Notes under the pieces: model-generated | Seen by the model: the letters and a program-made list of their open reading frames with translations, nothing else | Databases searched by the model: none | What the model was told of the DNA's origin: nothing | Translations under genes and position numbers: made by a program | Origin: Legionellaceae bacterium | GTDB taxonomy: Bacteria > Pseudomonadota > Gammaproteobacteria > UBA12402 | Reading direction: 5' to 3' | Length of the DNA: 49,683 nt | Assembly: GCA_002707695.1 (NCBI GenBank) | Contig: PANR01000024.1 | Coordinates: 1-49,683 of the forward strand | Shown: one piece after another, positions 9,964 through 20,578 of the stretch | Layout of the letters: the number at the start of each line of letters is the position of its first letter | Numbering within the stretch: the first letter of the stretch is position 1

Positions 9964-10464
9964 GTGAGCGAAGTGCAAGACAATATAACCTTATCAAGTG
10001 AAGCAAAAGCGGCAATTGATAAAGAATTAAAAAAGTATCCTGCTGATCGTAAGCGTTCGGCATGCATGGCTGCGCTAACGTTTGTGCAGAAAGAAAATGG
10101 TGGTCATTTGACAAATCCATTAATTGAAGCGGTTGCTGATTATTTAGAAATACCAAGTATTGCCGCCTATGAAGTGGCAAGCTTTTATTCGATGTATGAG
10201 TTGGCGCCTGTTGGGCGTCATAAAGTGTGTTTATGTACCAATGTGCCTTGTATGTTGCGGGGTGCGGATGAGCTTGGCGAGCACATGAAAAAACGATTGA
10301 AGATTAACTATGGCGAAACCACAAAAGATGGTCGGATCACGCTGAAGTCAGTCGAATGTATGGGTGCCTGTGTGGGTGGCCCAATGATGCAGGTCGATGA
10401 TGATGTTTATCATGAAAACCTAACCACTGAAACCGTGGATAAAATTTTGGATGACTTAACATGA
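9964..10464 (+). CDS. nuoE: NADH-quinone oxidoreductase subunit E
   Basis: VASFYSMY; CTNVPC and CMGAC [2Fe-2S] ligands. Confidence 0.97.
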   Translation: MSEVQDNITLSSEAKAAIDKELKKYPADRKRSACMAALTFVQKENGGHLTNPLIEAVADYLEIPSIAAYEVASFYSMYELAPVGRHKVCLCTNVPCMLRGADELGEHMKKRLKINYGETTKDGRITLKSVECMGACVGGPMMQVDDDVYHENLTTETVDKILDDLT

Positions 10465-11744
10465 CGATTGAACAAAACAAAGTTTGCCGTCGTACTCTAC
10501 ACTTAGATGAGCCATGGACATTGGCTTCCTACAAAAGTGTTGGGGGTTATACCGTATGGGAAAAAATTCTTAAAGAAAAGACACCGCCCGCAGAGATAGT
10601 TGAACAGTTAAAGCAGTCAGGGTTGCGTGGTCGTGGTGGTGCGGGTTTTCCCACAGGTGTGAAATGGAGTTTCATTAAACGTGATGCGCCAGGGCAAAAA
10701 TACGTGGTTTGTAATTCTGATGAAGGCGAGCCGGGCACTTGTAAAGATCGTGATATTTTGCGTTACAATCCACATCAACTTATTGAAGGTATGGCAATTG
10801 GTGCTTACGTTATGGGCGCAACCGTTGGTTACAACTATATTCGCGGTGAATTTGCAGAGCCTATCCGACGTTTTGAGCAGGCATTGAAAGAGGCGCATGA
10901 AGCGGGGTATTTAGGCAAAAATATTTTGGGTTCAGGGTTTGATTTTGATTTACATACTCATCTTGGTGCCGGCGCTTATATTTGTGGTGAAGAAACCGCT
11001 TTGTTGAATTCCATCGAAGGTAAAAAAGGGCAGCCTCGTTTTAAGCCACCATTTCCCGCTAATCATGGTGTGTTTGGCCAAGCGACAACCATCAACAATA
11101 CGGAAAGCTATGCGTCTGTTCCGCCCATTTTGCAACATGGTGCAAAATGGTTTGCTGATATGGGTCCACCGAATAATGGTGGTGCTAAAGTATTCTGTTT
11201 AAGTGGGCATGTTGAGAAGCCACAGAATTTCGAGGTACCGTTGGGCACACCATTTAAAACTTTGTTAGAGATGGCAGGTGGCGTGCGTGGTGGAAAGAAA
11301 ATTAAAGCGGTTATACCGGGTGGTTCATCAATGCCGGTGTTGCCAGGTGAAGCCATGATGAAAGTTAACATGGATTATGATTCATTGATGAAGGCAGGTT
11401 CAATGTTAGGATCTGGCGCTATCATCGTGATGGATGAAAGCACATGCATGGTCAAGGTTGCTGAACGCTTAGCGTTGTTCTATGCCGAAGAATCTTGCGG
11501 GCAGTGCACTCCATGTCGTGAAGGGACCGGATGGTTGTATCGCACCATTCATCGAATTCGTCATGGCCAAGGTACAACAACAGATATTGAAAAGCTGAAA
11601 AATATTGCAGATAACATTGAAGGCCGCACAATTTGCGCGCTAGGCGAAGCAGCTGCTTGGCCAGTGCAAGGGTTTTTACGCCATTTTAAGCATGAGTTTG
11701 AGCAACATGTCGCAGGAAAATGTCCGACAGGTGAATGTGGATAA
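10461..11744 (+). CDS. nuoF: NADH-quinone oxidoreductase subunit F
   Basis: [26 protein letters not shown] and [12 protein letters not shown]. Confidence 0.99.
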   Translation: MTIEQNKVCRRTLHLDEPWTLASYKSVGGYTVWEKILKEKTPPAEIVEQLKQSGLRGRGGAGFPTGVKWSFIKRDAPGQKYVVCNSDEGEPGTCKDRDILRYNPHQLIEGMAIGAYVMGATVGYNYIRGEFAEPIRRFEQALKEAHEAGYLGKNILGSGFDFDLHTHLGAGAYICGEETALLNSIEGKKGQPRFKPPFPANHGVFGQATTINNTESYASVPPILQHGAKWFADMGPPNNGGAKVFCLSGHVEKPQNFEVPLGTPFKTLLEMAGGVRGGKKIKAVIPGGSSMPVLPGEAMMKVNMDYDSLMKAGSMLGSGAIIVMDESTCMVKVAERLALFYAEESCGQCTPCREGTGWLYRTIHRIRHGQGTTTDIEKLKNIADNIEGRTICALGEAAAWPVQGFLRHFKHEFEQHVAGKCPTGECG

Positions 11745-11772
11745 TGGAGTTGCTGCTATCGTCATCCTGCAC

Positions 11773-11856
11773 CGTTGTTGTCATTCCCGCGAAAGCGGGA
11801 ATCCAGGAATGTTTGTTTTGAACTGGATCCCCGCTTTCGCGGGAATGACAACGGCG
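11773..11856. repeat. Palindromic repeat, GTCATTCCCGCGAAAGCGGGAATCCAG family (dRS3/REP-like), complete doublet
   Basis: GTCATTCCCGCGAAAGCGGGAATCCAG and its inverted copy CTGGATCCCCGCTTTCGCGGGAATGAC lie between nuoF and nuoG; contains ATTCCC-N8-GGGAAT. Confidence 0.9.
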
Positions 11857-11903
11857 AGCGAAAATAGGTATGATGCTGGTGAAAAAGATAGAAGTGAATT
11901 TTA

Positions 11904-14306
11904 ATGAGCGAAGTTAAAAACACAGTGAAAATATCAATCGATGATAAAGCTATCGAGGTTGATGCTAATAAAACGATTATTGAGGTGGCAGACGAGAACG
12001 ATATTCATATCCCACGTTTTTGCTACCATAAAAAATTAGCCGTGGCTGCAAATTGTCGTATGTGCTTGGTTGAGGTAGAAGGTGGTCGAAAGCCCATGCC
12101 AGCTTGTGCAACACCGATAGCCGATGGCATGAAAGTTTATACTAAATCTTCTGCCACATTGCATTCACAAAAAGCTGTGATGGAATTCTTGCTCATCAAC
12201 CATCCCTTAGATTGTCCGATCTGCGATCAGGGCGGGCAGTGTGAACTCCAAGATTTGGCTTTAGGGTTTGGTCATGACAAAACGGAATACACCCAAACGA
12301 AGCGAGCAGTGGAGAGTGATAATTTGGGCCCGCTTATCGCGACAGAAATGACGCGTTGTATTCATTGCACGCGTTGTGTGCGTTTTGGCGAAGAGGTAGC
12401 GGGGTTTCGAGAGCTTGGTGCAACCGATCGTGGTGAGCACATGAAAATTGGTACTTACATCAAACATAGTATGACTTCTGAAGTCTCTGGCAACATCATC
12501 GAGTTATGTCCAGTTGGCGCGCTGTTATCAAAACCTTTCTTATACCGTGCCCGTCCATGGGAGGTTGACTCACATCCGAGTATTGCGCCACATGATTGTC
12601 TTGGTTCAAACATTAATATTCACACGCGACGTGGACAAGTCATGCGTGTAGTGCCGCGTGAGAATGAAAGTATTAATGAATGTTGGTTATCTGATCGCGA
12701 TCGATTTAGTTATTTAGGCATTAATGCGCAGAATCGTGTGCTCAAACCACAAATCAAACAAAATGGACAATGGCAGGAAACCGATTGGGAAACGGCGTTG
12801 AACATTGCCGCTAAAGGACTGCAAAAAGTTTATAATGCGAAAGGTCCCGAAAAAATTGCGGCGTTGGCTTCATCTTCAAATACCATTGAAGAATATTATT
12901 TGTTACAGAAAATTTGGCGAGCGCTTGGGTCAAATAATCTTGATCATCGGTTGCGTCAATTAGATTTTGCTGACCAAGATCAATTGCCTGCTTATCTCGG
13001 TTTAGATTTCTCATTGGCTGACATTGCAGAGCAGCAGGCTATTTTATTAGTTGGCTCAAACATCCGCCATGAACAGCCGCTGGCGGGATTACGTGTGCGC
13101 AAAGCCACTTTAAATGGTGCTGCCGTGATGGCGGTGAATATGCTTGATTGTTCGTTTAATTTTAAATTAACCGATAAAATGATTCAATCACCGTCAACGT
13201 TTATTACCGGCTTACAAGAAATTTTGCATGCTTTAATGAAAGGTCAGGAAGTGCCTGATCATGTAGCAAAATTGGTGCAGGGTGTGACTGTAAGTGATAC
13301 AGCAGCAAGAATCGCCAAACAATTATCATCAGCTGAAAGAAAAATCATTATTGCAGGCGCTGCTGCTGAACAACATCCTCAGTCAGCCACAGTTAGGCGT
13401 TTGTTGGCGGCCATTGCGAATTTATCAGGTGCCAAATTAGGTTTTATGACAACCGGAGCCAACAGTGCAGGTGCTCATCTTGCGGGCATGTTGCCTCATC
13501 GTGGGCCAGTAGCGCAAGTTGTAAAAAAACGTGGATTACCAGGATCAGCTTGTTGGCATCATGATGTATCTGCTTATTGCTTGATGGGTGTTCAACCAGA
13601 GCATGATACTGCTGACAGCGCGATGGCGCTTGCCGCATTGAAAAAAGCGGAGTTTGTTTTGTGTTTAAATACGCATGCTAGCCAAGCAATGCGCGAATAT
13701 GCTGATGTGATTTTGCCTATAGCAAGTTTTGCTGAAACCTCTGGCACGTATGTAAACGTTGAAGGGCGCTGGCAAAGTTTTCGTGGCGCAGTACCTCCAC
13801 AAGGTGAGGCGCGTCCTGCTTGGAAAGTATTACGGGTTTTGGCTAACCTTATGCAGTTAGAAGGATTTGATTATCTAAATAGCGAGCAAGTGCGTGATGA
13901 ACTCCATCATTTGGTTGAAAAACATTTGTCGGACGATAAACATAAAGTGCTGCTCTCACAACTGAGCGCTGTTAGCTTAGAGATTAAACCTTTAAAAACC
14001 CCCGCAGGTGACAACCAATTGTCAACAATCTATTGCACGCCAATCTACTCGACTGACAGTTTGGTTCGTGCATCAGGCGCGCTTCAAGAAGTATTTGCTG
14101 GGAAGTTTTCTGGCGCAGCGGTTAATGCAGCAACAGCGAAAAAATTGCAGTTGAAAAAACAAGTATCAATTCAACAAGCTAAGCTAACTAAGCAGCTACC
14201 GCTCCAGATTAATTCGAGTGTGCCTGATGATTGTGTATTAATTTATACTGGAAGTGATGAATCAGTGGGTTTGGGAGAGGCATTTAGCATGGCTGAGGTG
14301 AAATAA
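11904..14306 (+). CDS. nuoG: NADH-quinone oxidoreductase subunit G
   Basis: PRFCYH, ANCRMCLVE, HPLDCPICDQGGQC and RCIHCTRCVRF. Confidence 0.98.
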   Translation: MSEVKNTVKISIDDKAIEVDANKTIIEVADENDIHIPRFCYHKKLAVAANCRMCLVEVEGGRKPMPACATPIADGMKVYTKSSATLHSQKAVMEFLLINHPLDCPICDQGGQCELQDLALGFGHDKTEYTQTKRAVESDNLGPLIATEMTRCIHCTRCVRFGEEVAGFRELGATDRGEHMKIGTYIKHSMTSEVSGNIIELCPVGALLSKPFLYRARPWEVDSHPSIAPHDCLGSNINIHTRRGQVMRVVPRENESINECWLSDRDRFSYLGINAQNRVLKPQIKQNGQWQETDWETALNIAAKGLQKVYNAKGPEKIAALASSSNTIEEYYLLQKIWRALGSNNLDHRLRQLDFADQDQLPAYLGLDFSLADIAEQQAILLVGSNIRHEQPLAGLRVRKATLNGAAVMAVNMLDCSFNFKLTDKMIQSPSTFITGLQEILHALMKGQEVPDHVAKLVQGVTVSDTAARIAKQLSSAERKIIIAGAAAEQHPQSATVRRLLAAIANLSGAKLGFMTTGANSAGAHLAGMLPHRGPVAQVVKKRGLPGSACWHHDVSAYCLMGVQPEHDTADSAMALAALKKAEFVLCLNTHASQAMREYADVILPIASFAETSGTYVNVEGRWQSFRGAVPPQGEARPAWKVLRVLANLMQLEGFDYLNSEQVRDELHHLVEKHLSDDKHKVLLSQLSAVSLEIKPLKTPAGDNQLSTIYCTPIYSTDSLVRASGALQEVFAGKFSGAAVNAATAKKLQLKKQVSIQQAKLTKQLPLQINSSVPDDCVLIYTGSDESVGLGEAFSMAEVK

Positions 14307-14309
14307 ACT

Positions 14310-15335
14310 ATGGGTGCTACCATTATTGCATTGCTGTGGAACGTGCTATGGATGCTTTGCGTCATTGTGCCTGTTGTCGCGATGGTTGTTATTGTGATGT
14401 ATGCAGAGCGTAAAGTGATTGGATTTTTGCATGCAAGAATTGGCCCTAATCGATTAGGGTTTGCCGGTGTGTTACAGCCAGTGGCTGATGTGATTAAGCT
14501 TTTACAAAAAGAAATTATTTTTCCCCAAAATGCCAATCGTTATCTATATATTATCGCGCCCATGTTAGCGATAGCCCCTTCGTTTGCTGCATGGGCTGTT
14601 ATTCCTTTTGCGCCGCATTGGGTTGTGGCGAATATTAATGCGGGAACACTTTATTTGCTCGCCATGACATCGTTGGGTATTTACGGCATCATTTTGGGTG
14701 GTTGGGCATCTAATTCGAAGTATGCATTACTCGGTGCAATGCGCGCAGCTGCACAAATGATTTCTTATGAACTGGCTATGGGTTTTGCCATTGTTGGTGT
14801 TTTGATGGCCGCCAATACGATTAAATTACAAAATATTATTTTGTCGCAATCAGGCGGCATCTGGCATTGGTATTTTATTCCCTTGTTCCCTTTGTTCCTT
14901 GTTTATTGGATTAGTGGTGTTGCTGAAACCAATCGAGCTCCGTTTGACGTTTCAGAAGGTGAGTCTGAGATTGTTGCAGGGTTTCACGTTGAGTATGCTG
15001 GCATGTCATTCGCCATTTTCTTTTTGGCAGAGTATGCCAATATGATTTTAATTTCAGCGATTGCAAGTATATTTTTCTTGGGCGGTTGGCTCTCACCCTT
15101 CGATCATATTCCAGCGTTGCAACAAGCATTTGCATGGGTGCCAGGCGTGGTTTGGTTGCTGCTAAAAATGTCTATATTTCTGTTTGTCTTTTTATGGATT
15201 CGAGCCACGTTTCCACGTTATCGCTATGATCAAATTATGCGGCTGGGCTGGAAGGTTTTAATTCCCGTGACTTTGGTGTGGTTGGTGATCGAAGCGTTAG
15301 CGATTATGTTACATTTGCCACCATGGTGGGGGTAG
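14310..15335 (+). CDS. nuoH: NADH-quinone oxidoreductase subunit H
   Basis: ERKVIG...[14 protein letters not shown] and PRYRYDQIM. Confidence 0.98.
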   Translation: MGATIIALLWNVLWMLCVIVPVVAMVVIVMYAERKVIGFLHARIGPNRLGFAGVLQPVADVIKLLQKEIIFPQNANRYLYIIAPMLAIAPSFAAWAVIPFAPHWVVANINAGTLYLLAMTSLGIYGIILGGWASNSKYALLGAMRAAAQMISYELAMGFAIVGVLMAANTIKLQNIILSQSGGIWHWYFIPLFPLFLVYWISGVAETNRAPFDVSEGESEIVAGFHVEYAGMSFAIFFLAEYANMILISAIASIFFLGGWLSPFDHIPALQQAFAWVPGVVWLLLKMSIFLFVFLWIRATFPRYRYDQIMRLGWKVLIPVTLVWLVIEALAIMLHLPPWWG

Positions 15336-15350
15336 GTGAGATAGGAACTT

Positions 15351-15845
15351 ATGTTCAAAACAATTAAACAGTATGTGAAAGCGTTTACACTTTGGGAGCT
15401 GTTGCTAGGCCTGAAGGTGACGTATAGTTTTTTATTTCAGCGTCGTCGAGTCGTTCAATATCCCGAGGTTGAAACACCACGCTCACCAAGATTTCGCGGA
15501 TTACATGCATTGCGCCGTTATCCCAATGGTGAAGAACGCTGTATTGCTTGTAAGTTGTGCGAGGCCACTTGCCCGGCGTTGGCTATTACGATTGAAGCTG
15601 CGCCGAGAGAAAAAGATGGTCAGCGTCGCACAACACTCTATGAAATTGATTTGTTTAAATGCATTTACTGTGGGTTTTGTGAAGAGTCTTGCCCGGTTGA
15701 CTCCATTGTTGAGACTGATTTGATGCACTATCACTTTGAGAATCGAGGCGAGAATATTATGACAAAGCCCAAATTACTCGCTATTGGCGATCGTTATGAA
15801 AAAGAAATTGCGCGTGATCGTGGCGAAGATGGAGATTATCGGTAG
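15351..15845 (+). CDS. nuoI: NADH-quinone oxidoreductase subunit I
   Basis: [12 protein letters not shown] and [12 protein letters not shown] [4Fe-4S] motifs. Confidence 0.98.
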   Translation: MFKTIKQYVKAFTLWELLLGLKVTYSFLFQRRRVVQYPEVETPRSPRFRGLHALRRYPNGEERCIACKLCEATCPALAITIEAAPREKDGQRRTTLYEIDLFKCIYCGFCEESCPVDSIVETDLMHYHFENRGENIMTKPKLLAIGDRYEKEIARDRGEDGDYR

Positions 15846-16481
15846 ATGACAGCATATGAAATAAACATTGTCACACATATTATTTTCTACTGCTTCGCAA
15901 TCATGGCGGTTTGTTCGGCGACGTTAGTTGTGTTTAGCCGCAGTCCGGTATATTCAATTTTATTTTTAGTGTTAACTTTTTTTGCAACAGCAGGTATTTG
16001 GATAATCCTGCAAGCCGAATTTTTAGGGCTGATACTCGTTATTATTTACGTTGGGGCGGTGATGACGCTATTTTTATTTGTTGTCATGATGCTTGACCTT
16101 GAAGAGGTGTTAAAGCACCGCAGTTTAGTGCGTTTTTATCCCATCGTTATGATATTGGTAGGCCTGATTTTTGCTGGCTTGTTGATCTTTGTGGGGCCAT
16201 GGCATTTTGGGTTCAAGCAATTCCCAGCACCGACGGCATTGCCAGCTGGATATAGCAGTACAAAAGCCTTAGGTGGTGTGCTCTATACGCACTACATGCT
16301 GCCATTTGAGTTGGCGGGTGTTATTTTGCTGGTTGGTATGGTCTCAGCCATTGCGTTGACGCAACGAGCAAAGCGCAATCGTCGTCGTCAAACGCCATCC
16401 GGCCAAATTGCCGTTCAACCAGAGGATCGTATTCGATTGGTTAAAGATAAAGATATTCCTCGTGGAGGTGATTCAGCATGA
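15846..16481 (+). CDS. nuoJ: NADH-quinone oxidoreductase subunit J
   Basis: [20 protein letters not shown] and PFELAG motifs. Confidence 0.97.
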   Translation: MTAYEINIVTHIIFYCFAIMAVCSATLVVFSRSPVYSILFLVLTFFATAGIWIILQAEFLGLILVIIYVGAVMTLFLFVVMMLDLEEVLKHRSLVRFYPIVMILVGLIFAGLLIFVGPWHFGFKQFPAPTALPAGYSSTKALGGVLYTHYMLPFELAGVILLVGMVSAIALTQRAKRNRRRQTPSGQIAVQPEDRIRLVKDKDIPRGGDSA

Positions 16482-16783
16482 TTCCACTATCAACCTATTT
16501 GATTTTTTCTGCCATTTTATTTGCTCTCAGCTTATTAGGGTTTATGGTGAATCGAAAAAATATTGTCAACTTGCTAATGAGCGTTGAGTTGTTGTTGTTA
16601 TCAGTGAACACAAATTTTATTGCCTTTTCACATTTTTTGCACAATGTGGCGGGTGAAATTTTTGTATTTTTTGTACTAACAGTTGCGGCTGCTGAAGCAG
16701 CCATCGGGTTGGCTATTATGGTTGTTTTGTTTAGACGACGAGAAACGATTGCGGTTGAAAAAATTGCAACACTAAAAGGGTAG
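16478..16783 (+). CDS. nuoK: NADH-quinone oxidoreductase subunit K
   Basis: LMSVELLL and [11 protein letters not shown] motifs. Confidence 0.97.
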   Translation: MIPLSTYLIFSAILFALSLLGFMVNRKNIVNLLMSVELLLLSVNTNFIAFSHFLHNVAGEIFVFFVLTVAAAEAAIGLAIMVVLFRRRETIAVEKIATLKG

Positions 16784-16786
16784 TGT

Positions 16787-18757
16787 ATGGAACATGTTAT
16801 TAAAATATTAGCGTGGTGGTTGGCTGTTGTGCCGCTTATTGCCTCACTTATTGCCGGTATTGGTGGCCAATGGATTGGTCGTCGTTTGAGCCACTGGGTG
16901 ACCATTCTTGGTGTGTTTACCTCGTTTGTGTTGGCATTGATTATTTTTAAATACATTGTTATCAGCGGCGTCCCACCAGTTGATTCGACCGTTTTTCATT
17001 GGGTTAATAGTGGTAGCTTCCATTTTAATGTCGGTTTCTTGGTAGATCATTTATCAGCGACAATGTTGGTCATTGTGACGTTTGTGTCAACATTGGTGCA
17101 TATTTATAGCATTGGCTATATGGCGCATGAAAAAACTGACCATCGATTTTTTGCTTATATGTCGGCATTTACGTTTGCCATGATTATGCTGGTGTTGGCT
17201 AATAATTTCTTGCTGCTCTTTTTTGGATGGGAGGGCGTTGGTTTAGTCTCCTACCTATTAATTGGTTACTGGTACAATAAAGAGACTGCCGCATTTGGTA
17301 GTTTAAAAGCATTTATTGTAAACCGTGTTGGTGATATGGGCTTTTTGCTGGGTATTGCCGCGGTGCTGGCTTATTTTGGTAGCCTGCATTATGCCACCGT
17401 CTTTCATCGCGCGCCTGAATTTTTGAATACCACGACAAGCATTATTCCAGGGCTTCATTGGCATGTGCTGACATTGATTTGCATATTGCTGTTTATTGGT
17501 GCGATGGGTAAATCAGCGCAAATGCCCCTGCACGTTTGGTTGCCTGAATCAATGGAAGGCCCTACGCCCATTTCAGCGTTAATTCATGCTGCAACGATGG
17601 TCACCGCTGGTGTGTATATGGTGACTCGCATGTCGCCTTTATTTGAATATTCCACGACATCATTGACGTTAGTGTTAGTGCTAGGCGGTTCAACGTGTTT
17701 ATTCTGCGGTATTTTAGGCATGTTTGCATTTGATATTAAACGCGTTATTGCTTATTCAACGTTATCGCAGTTGGGCTATATGATGGTGGGCGTGGGTAGC
17801 TCTGCGTATGCTGCTGGGATGTTTCATCTTTTTTGTCATGCGTGTTTTAAAGCATTGTTGTTCTTATCAGCCGGCTCGGTGATCACTGCGATGCACGAAG
17901 AGCAAGATATGCGAAAGATGGGCGGGCTTGTGAAGTACATGCCTATTACTTACACGTGCTTTTTGATTGGGGGTTTGGCGCTCTCAGCTATTCCACCTTT
18001 CGCTGGATTTTATTCGAAAGACTCTATTATTGAAGCAGCCAGTCTATCAACCATTCATGGCTCAACTTATGCGTATATCTGCGCATTACTAGGTGCTTTT
18101 GTCACGGCCTGCTATACGTTTCGTGCTTTTTTCCTTACCTTTCATGGTAAGACGCGCATGTCATCAGACATGCAGTCTAAGGTAACTGAGTCACCGCCTT
18201 GCATGACCATCCCGTTAATATTATTAGCTGTGCCATCGGCGGTGTTAGGGTTTTCTATCATTCACTGGATTTTATATGCAAAATCGCCGCTATTAGGTGG
18301 TGGTGTGTTTGTTTTGCCACATTTGAACGTGTTAGCTGAAATGGCAAAAGGGTTTCATGGTGCATTATATATGGCGTTGCATGCTATTGAGACTATGCCA
18401 TTTTGGTTTGCTGTTTGTGGTATTTTATGGGCATGGTTGGTAACAATAGGCCGACCCCAAGTTGCTGAATTTCTCAAACGTCGTTTGTCGTGGCTTTACT
18501 TCATTATTCTTAGCAAATATGGTTTTGATGATTTTAACCAAGTTGTATTTGTTCGCTGGAGTCGTGTTGTAGGTGGATTTTTCTATAAAATTGTTGATCT
18601 GTTCATTATTGATAAGGTCAGTGTTGAAGGCTCGGGCAAAGCGATTGGGTTTTTGTCGCGCATCTTGCGTGTGGCACAATCGGGTTATATTTATCAGTAC
18701 GTTTTTGTCATGATGTTTGGCTTATTCGTCTTTTTGTTGTGGCGGATTTTATTGTAG
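16787..18757 (+). CDS. nuoL: NADH-quinone oxidoreductase subunit L
   Basis: GWEGVG and GKSAQMPLHVWLPESMEGPTPISALIHAATMVTAG. Confidence 0.98.
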   Translation: MEHVIKILAWWLAVVPLIASLIAGIGGQWIGRRLSHWVTILGVFTSFVLALIIFKYIVISGVPPVDSTVFHWVNSGSFHFNVGFLVDHLSATMLVIVTFVSTLVHIYSIGYMAHEKTDHRFFAYMSAFTFAMIMLVLANNFLLLFFGWEGVGLVSYLLIGYWYNKETAAFGSLKAFIVNRVGDMGFLLGIAAVLAYFGSLHYATVFHRAPEFLNTTTSIIPGLHWHVLTLICILLFIGAMGKSAQMPLHVWLPESMEGPTPISALIHAATMVTAGVYMVTRMSPLFEYSTTSLTLVLVLGGSTCLFCGILGMFAFDIKRVIAYSTLSQLGYMMVGVGSSAYAAGMFHLFCHACFKALLFLSAGSVITAMHEEQDMRKMGGLVKYMPITYTCFLIGGLALSAIPPFAGFYSKDSIIEAASLSTIHGSTYAYICALLGAFVTACYTFRAFFLTFHGKTRMSSDMQSKVTESPPCMTIPLILLAVPSAVLGFSIIHWILYAKSPLLGGGVFVLPHLNVLAEMAKGFHGALYMALHAIETMPFWFAVCGILWAWLVTIGRPQVAEFLKRRLSWLYFIILSKYGFDDFNQVVFVRWSRVVGGFFYKIVDLFIIDKVSVEGSGKAIGFLSRILRVAQSGYIYQYVFVMMFGLFVFLLWRILL

Positions 18758-18767
18758 AGGGTAGGCG

Positions 18768-20306
18768 GTGATACACGATTTTCCATTATTAAGTTTATTG
18801 ATTTGGATTCCCATCATCGGAGCGATGTTGGTGTTGGCAGCAAGTGGCGCGCGACACCGTCATCCGCAAGAAAATATTGCCGCAGCACGTTGGATCTCAA
18901 TCATTACTGTATTGATTTGTTGCTTATTGAGCGTGCCATTGTATGTCATGTTTAATAACAATGTTGTTGGCATGCAATTTCAAGAAAATTTAAATTGGAT
19001 TCCCGCGCTAGGCATCCATTATCGTTTAGGCATTGATGGCATTTCACTGGCAATGATCTTGCTAACCAATTTTACAGGTTTTGTCGTGATACTTGCTGCT
19101 ATGCAAGCCATTAAAGAAAAAGTCGCGCAATACATGGCAGCATTTTTGGTCTTGCAGGGTGTGTCTGTTGGCGTGTTTGCAGCCAATGATGGCATGTTGT
19201 TTTATTTGTTTTGGGAGGCGATGTTGATCCCGATGTATTTATGTATTGGGGTATGGGGTGATAAAAACCGTTCTTATGCATCAATTAAATTTTTCTTATA
19301 TACTTTTTTGGGTTCGGCGTTGATGTTGGTTGCGCTGATCTATCTTGGACTGCGTGCAGGATCATTTCGAATTACCGACTTTTATGCATTGCATATGCCA
19401 CTTTATATTCAAATGTTTTTATTTTTTGCCTTTTTATTTGCGTTTGCGGTCAAGCTGCCCATGTGGCCATTGCACACGTGGTTGCCCGACGCACACACTG
19501 CAGCACCTGCAGGTGGCTCGGTGATTTTGGCGGCATTGATGTTGAAGATGGGTGTGTATGGTTTTTTGCGATTTAATTTACCGGTGACGCCAGATGCTTC
19601 CCAAATTCTTGATTGGATGATGATTGTGTTGGGGTTGATCGCGGTGGTGTATGTTGGGTTTATTGCGATTGTTCAGCCTGATATGAAACGTTTGATCGCG
19701 TACTCATCAGTTGCGCACATGGGGTTTGCAACGCTAGCTTGTTTTATGGTGTATTCAATTATTGCTACACACGGCAATATTCAAGATGCTTATATGAGTT
19801 TGGAAGGGGGTGTGGTGCAGATGATTTCGCACGCCTTTAACACGGGTGCCATGTTCTTGGGTGTTGGTATTTTGTATGACCAGCTGCATACCCGATTTAT
19901 TAAAGATTACCGCGGCGTTGCTCACAAGATGCCAATATTCGCTGCATTCTTTATGCTGTTTGCGATGTCAAATGTTGGGTTGCCAGGTACATCGGGATTT
20001 GTGGGCGAGTTTATGATTATTCTCAGCGCCTATCAGGCGCATTTTTGGGTGGCGTTTTTTGCCTCCAGCACTTTGATATTGGGCGCTGCTTATACGTTGT
20101 GGATGTATAAGCGTGTATTTTTTGGTGCGGTTACTGCGGGCGGCCCTGTTGAAAAGCTACAAGATGTTAATTCAGTGCAGATTTTAATTTTTGTGTTGTT
20201 GGGACTTGGTGTCATTGCCATTGGTATTTATCCAGATTGGTTGTTGAATATGTTACATACGTCGGTGAACCATATTTTGACATTGAGTTTGCAACATAGA
20301 GTTTAG
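18768..20306 (+). CDS. nuoM: NADH-quinone oxidoreductase subunit M
   Basis: FWEAMLIP, PLHTWLPDAH and GLPGTSGFVGE. Confidence 0.98.
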   Translation: MIHDFPLLSLLIWIPIIGAMLVLAASGARHRHPQENIAAARWISIITVLICCLLSVPLYVMFNNNVVGMQFQENLNWIPALGIHYRLGIDGISLAMILLTNFTGFVVILAAMQAIKEKVAQYMAAFLVLQGVSVGVFAANDGMLFYLFWEAMLIPMYLCIGVWGDKNRSYASIKFFLYTFLGSALMLVALIYLGLRAGSFRITDFYALHMPLYIQMFLFFAFLFAFAVKLPMWPLHTWLPDAHTAAPAGGSVILAALMLKMGVYGFLRFNLPVTPDASQILDWMMIVLGLIAVVYVGFIAIVQPDMKRLIAYSSVAHMGFATLACFMVYSIIATHGNIQDAYMSLEGGVVQMISHAFNTGAMFLGVGILYDQLHTRFIKDYRGVAHKMPIFAAFFMLFAMSNVGLPGTSGFVGEFMIILSAYQAHFWVAFFASSTLILGAAYTLWMYKRVFFGAVTAGGPVEKLQDVNSVQILIFVLLGLGVIAIGIYPDWLLNMLHTSVNHILTLSLQHRV

Positions 20307-20325
20307 TTGTTGTTTTGCTCTGAAT

Positions 20326-20437
20326 GGCTTAGAAGAGGAGGTGATTTTGAAAAGCACGCGGTAAATACATCCCTGTATGCTCCATCAAAACATCCATGTT
20401 TTGAAGGGTTTTTCAAAATCACTTTCTCTCTTAAGCC
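20326..20437 (-). repeat. Structured dispersed repeat, GGA-loop family copy B (GGA strand antisense to nuo)
   Basis: ~30-nt inverted arms; minus strand reads TCAAAAC-ATGGAT-GTTTTGA, GGAGC, ATAC-AGGGAT-GTAT, then GCGTG. Confidence 0.85.
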
Positions 20438-20475
20438 CAAGCAAAAATGTTTGGTTTGGGTGTTGGTTTTCTGTT

Positions 20476-20503
20476 GTTACCCCTGCGAATTCAAGGGGTC
20501 CAG
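20476..20503 (+). repeat. Degenerate half-copy of the GTCA...TCCAG palindromic repeat
   Basis: GTTACCCCTGCGAATTCAAGGGGTCCAG resembles the copy at 40601-40627. Confidence 0.5.
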
Positions 20504-20578
20504 TGGTTGATCAAAAACTGAAAAGTAGGTTAAGTGATTTTTAAAGATTAAATAAATGATCAAAAATTTAGGTTAAAT

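Noticed and set aside
11692-11904. 70-aa ORF bridging nuoF and nuoG, with its stop overlapping the nuoG ATG
   Set aside because: HSRESGNP and WIPAFAGMT are simply translations of the palindromic repeat, and there is no well-spaced RBS. A translational-coupling role cannot be excluded but is unsupported.
20307-20510. 67-aa ORF between nuoM and nuoN, and likewise 49418-49633
   Set aside because: Both are translations of GGA-loop repeat copies, with weak starts.
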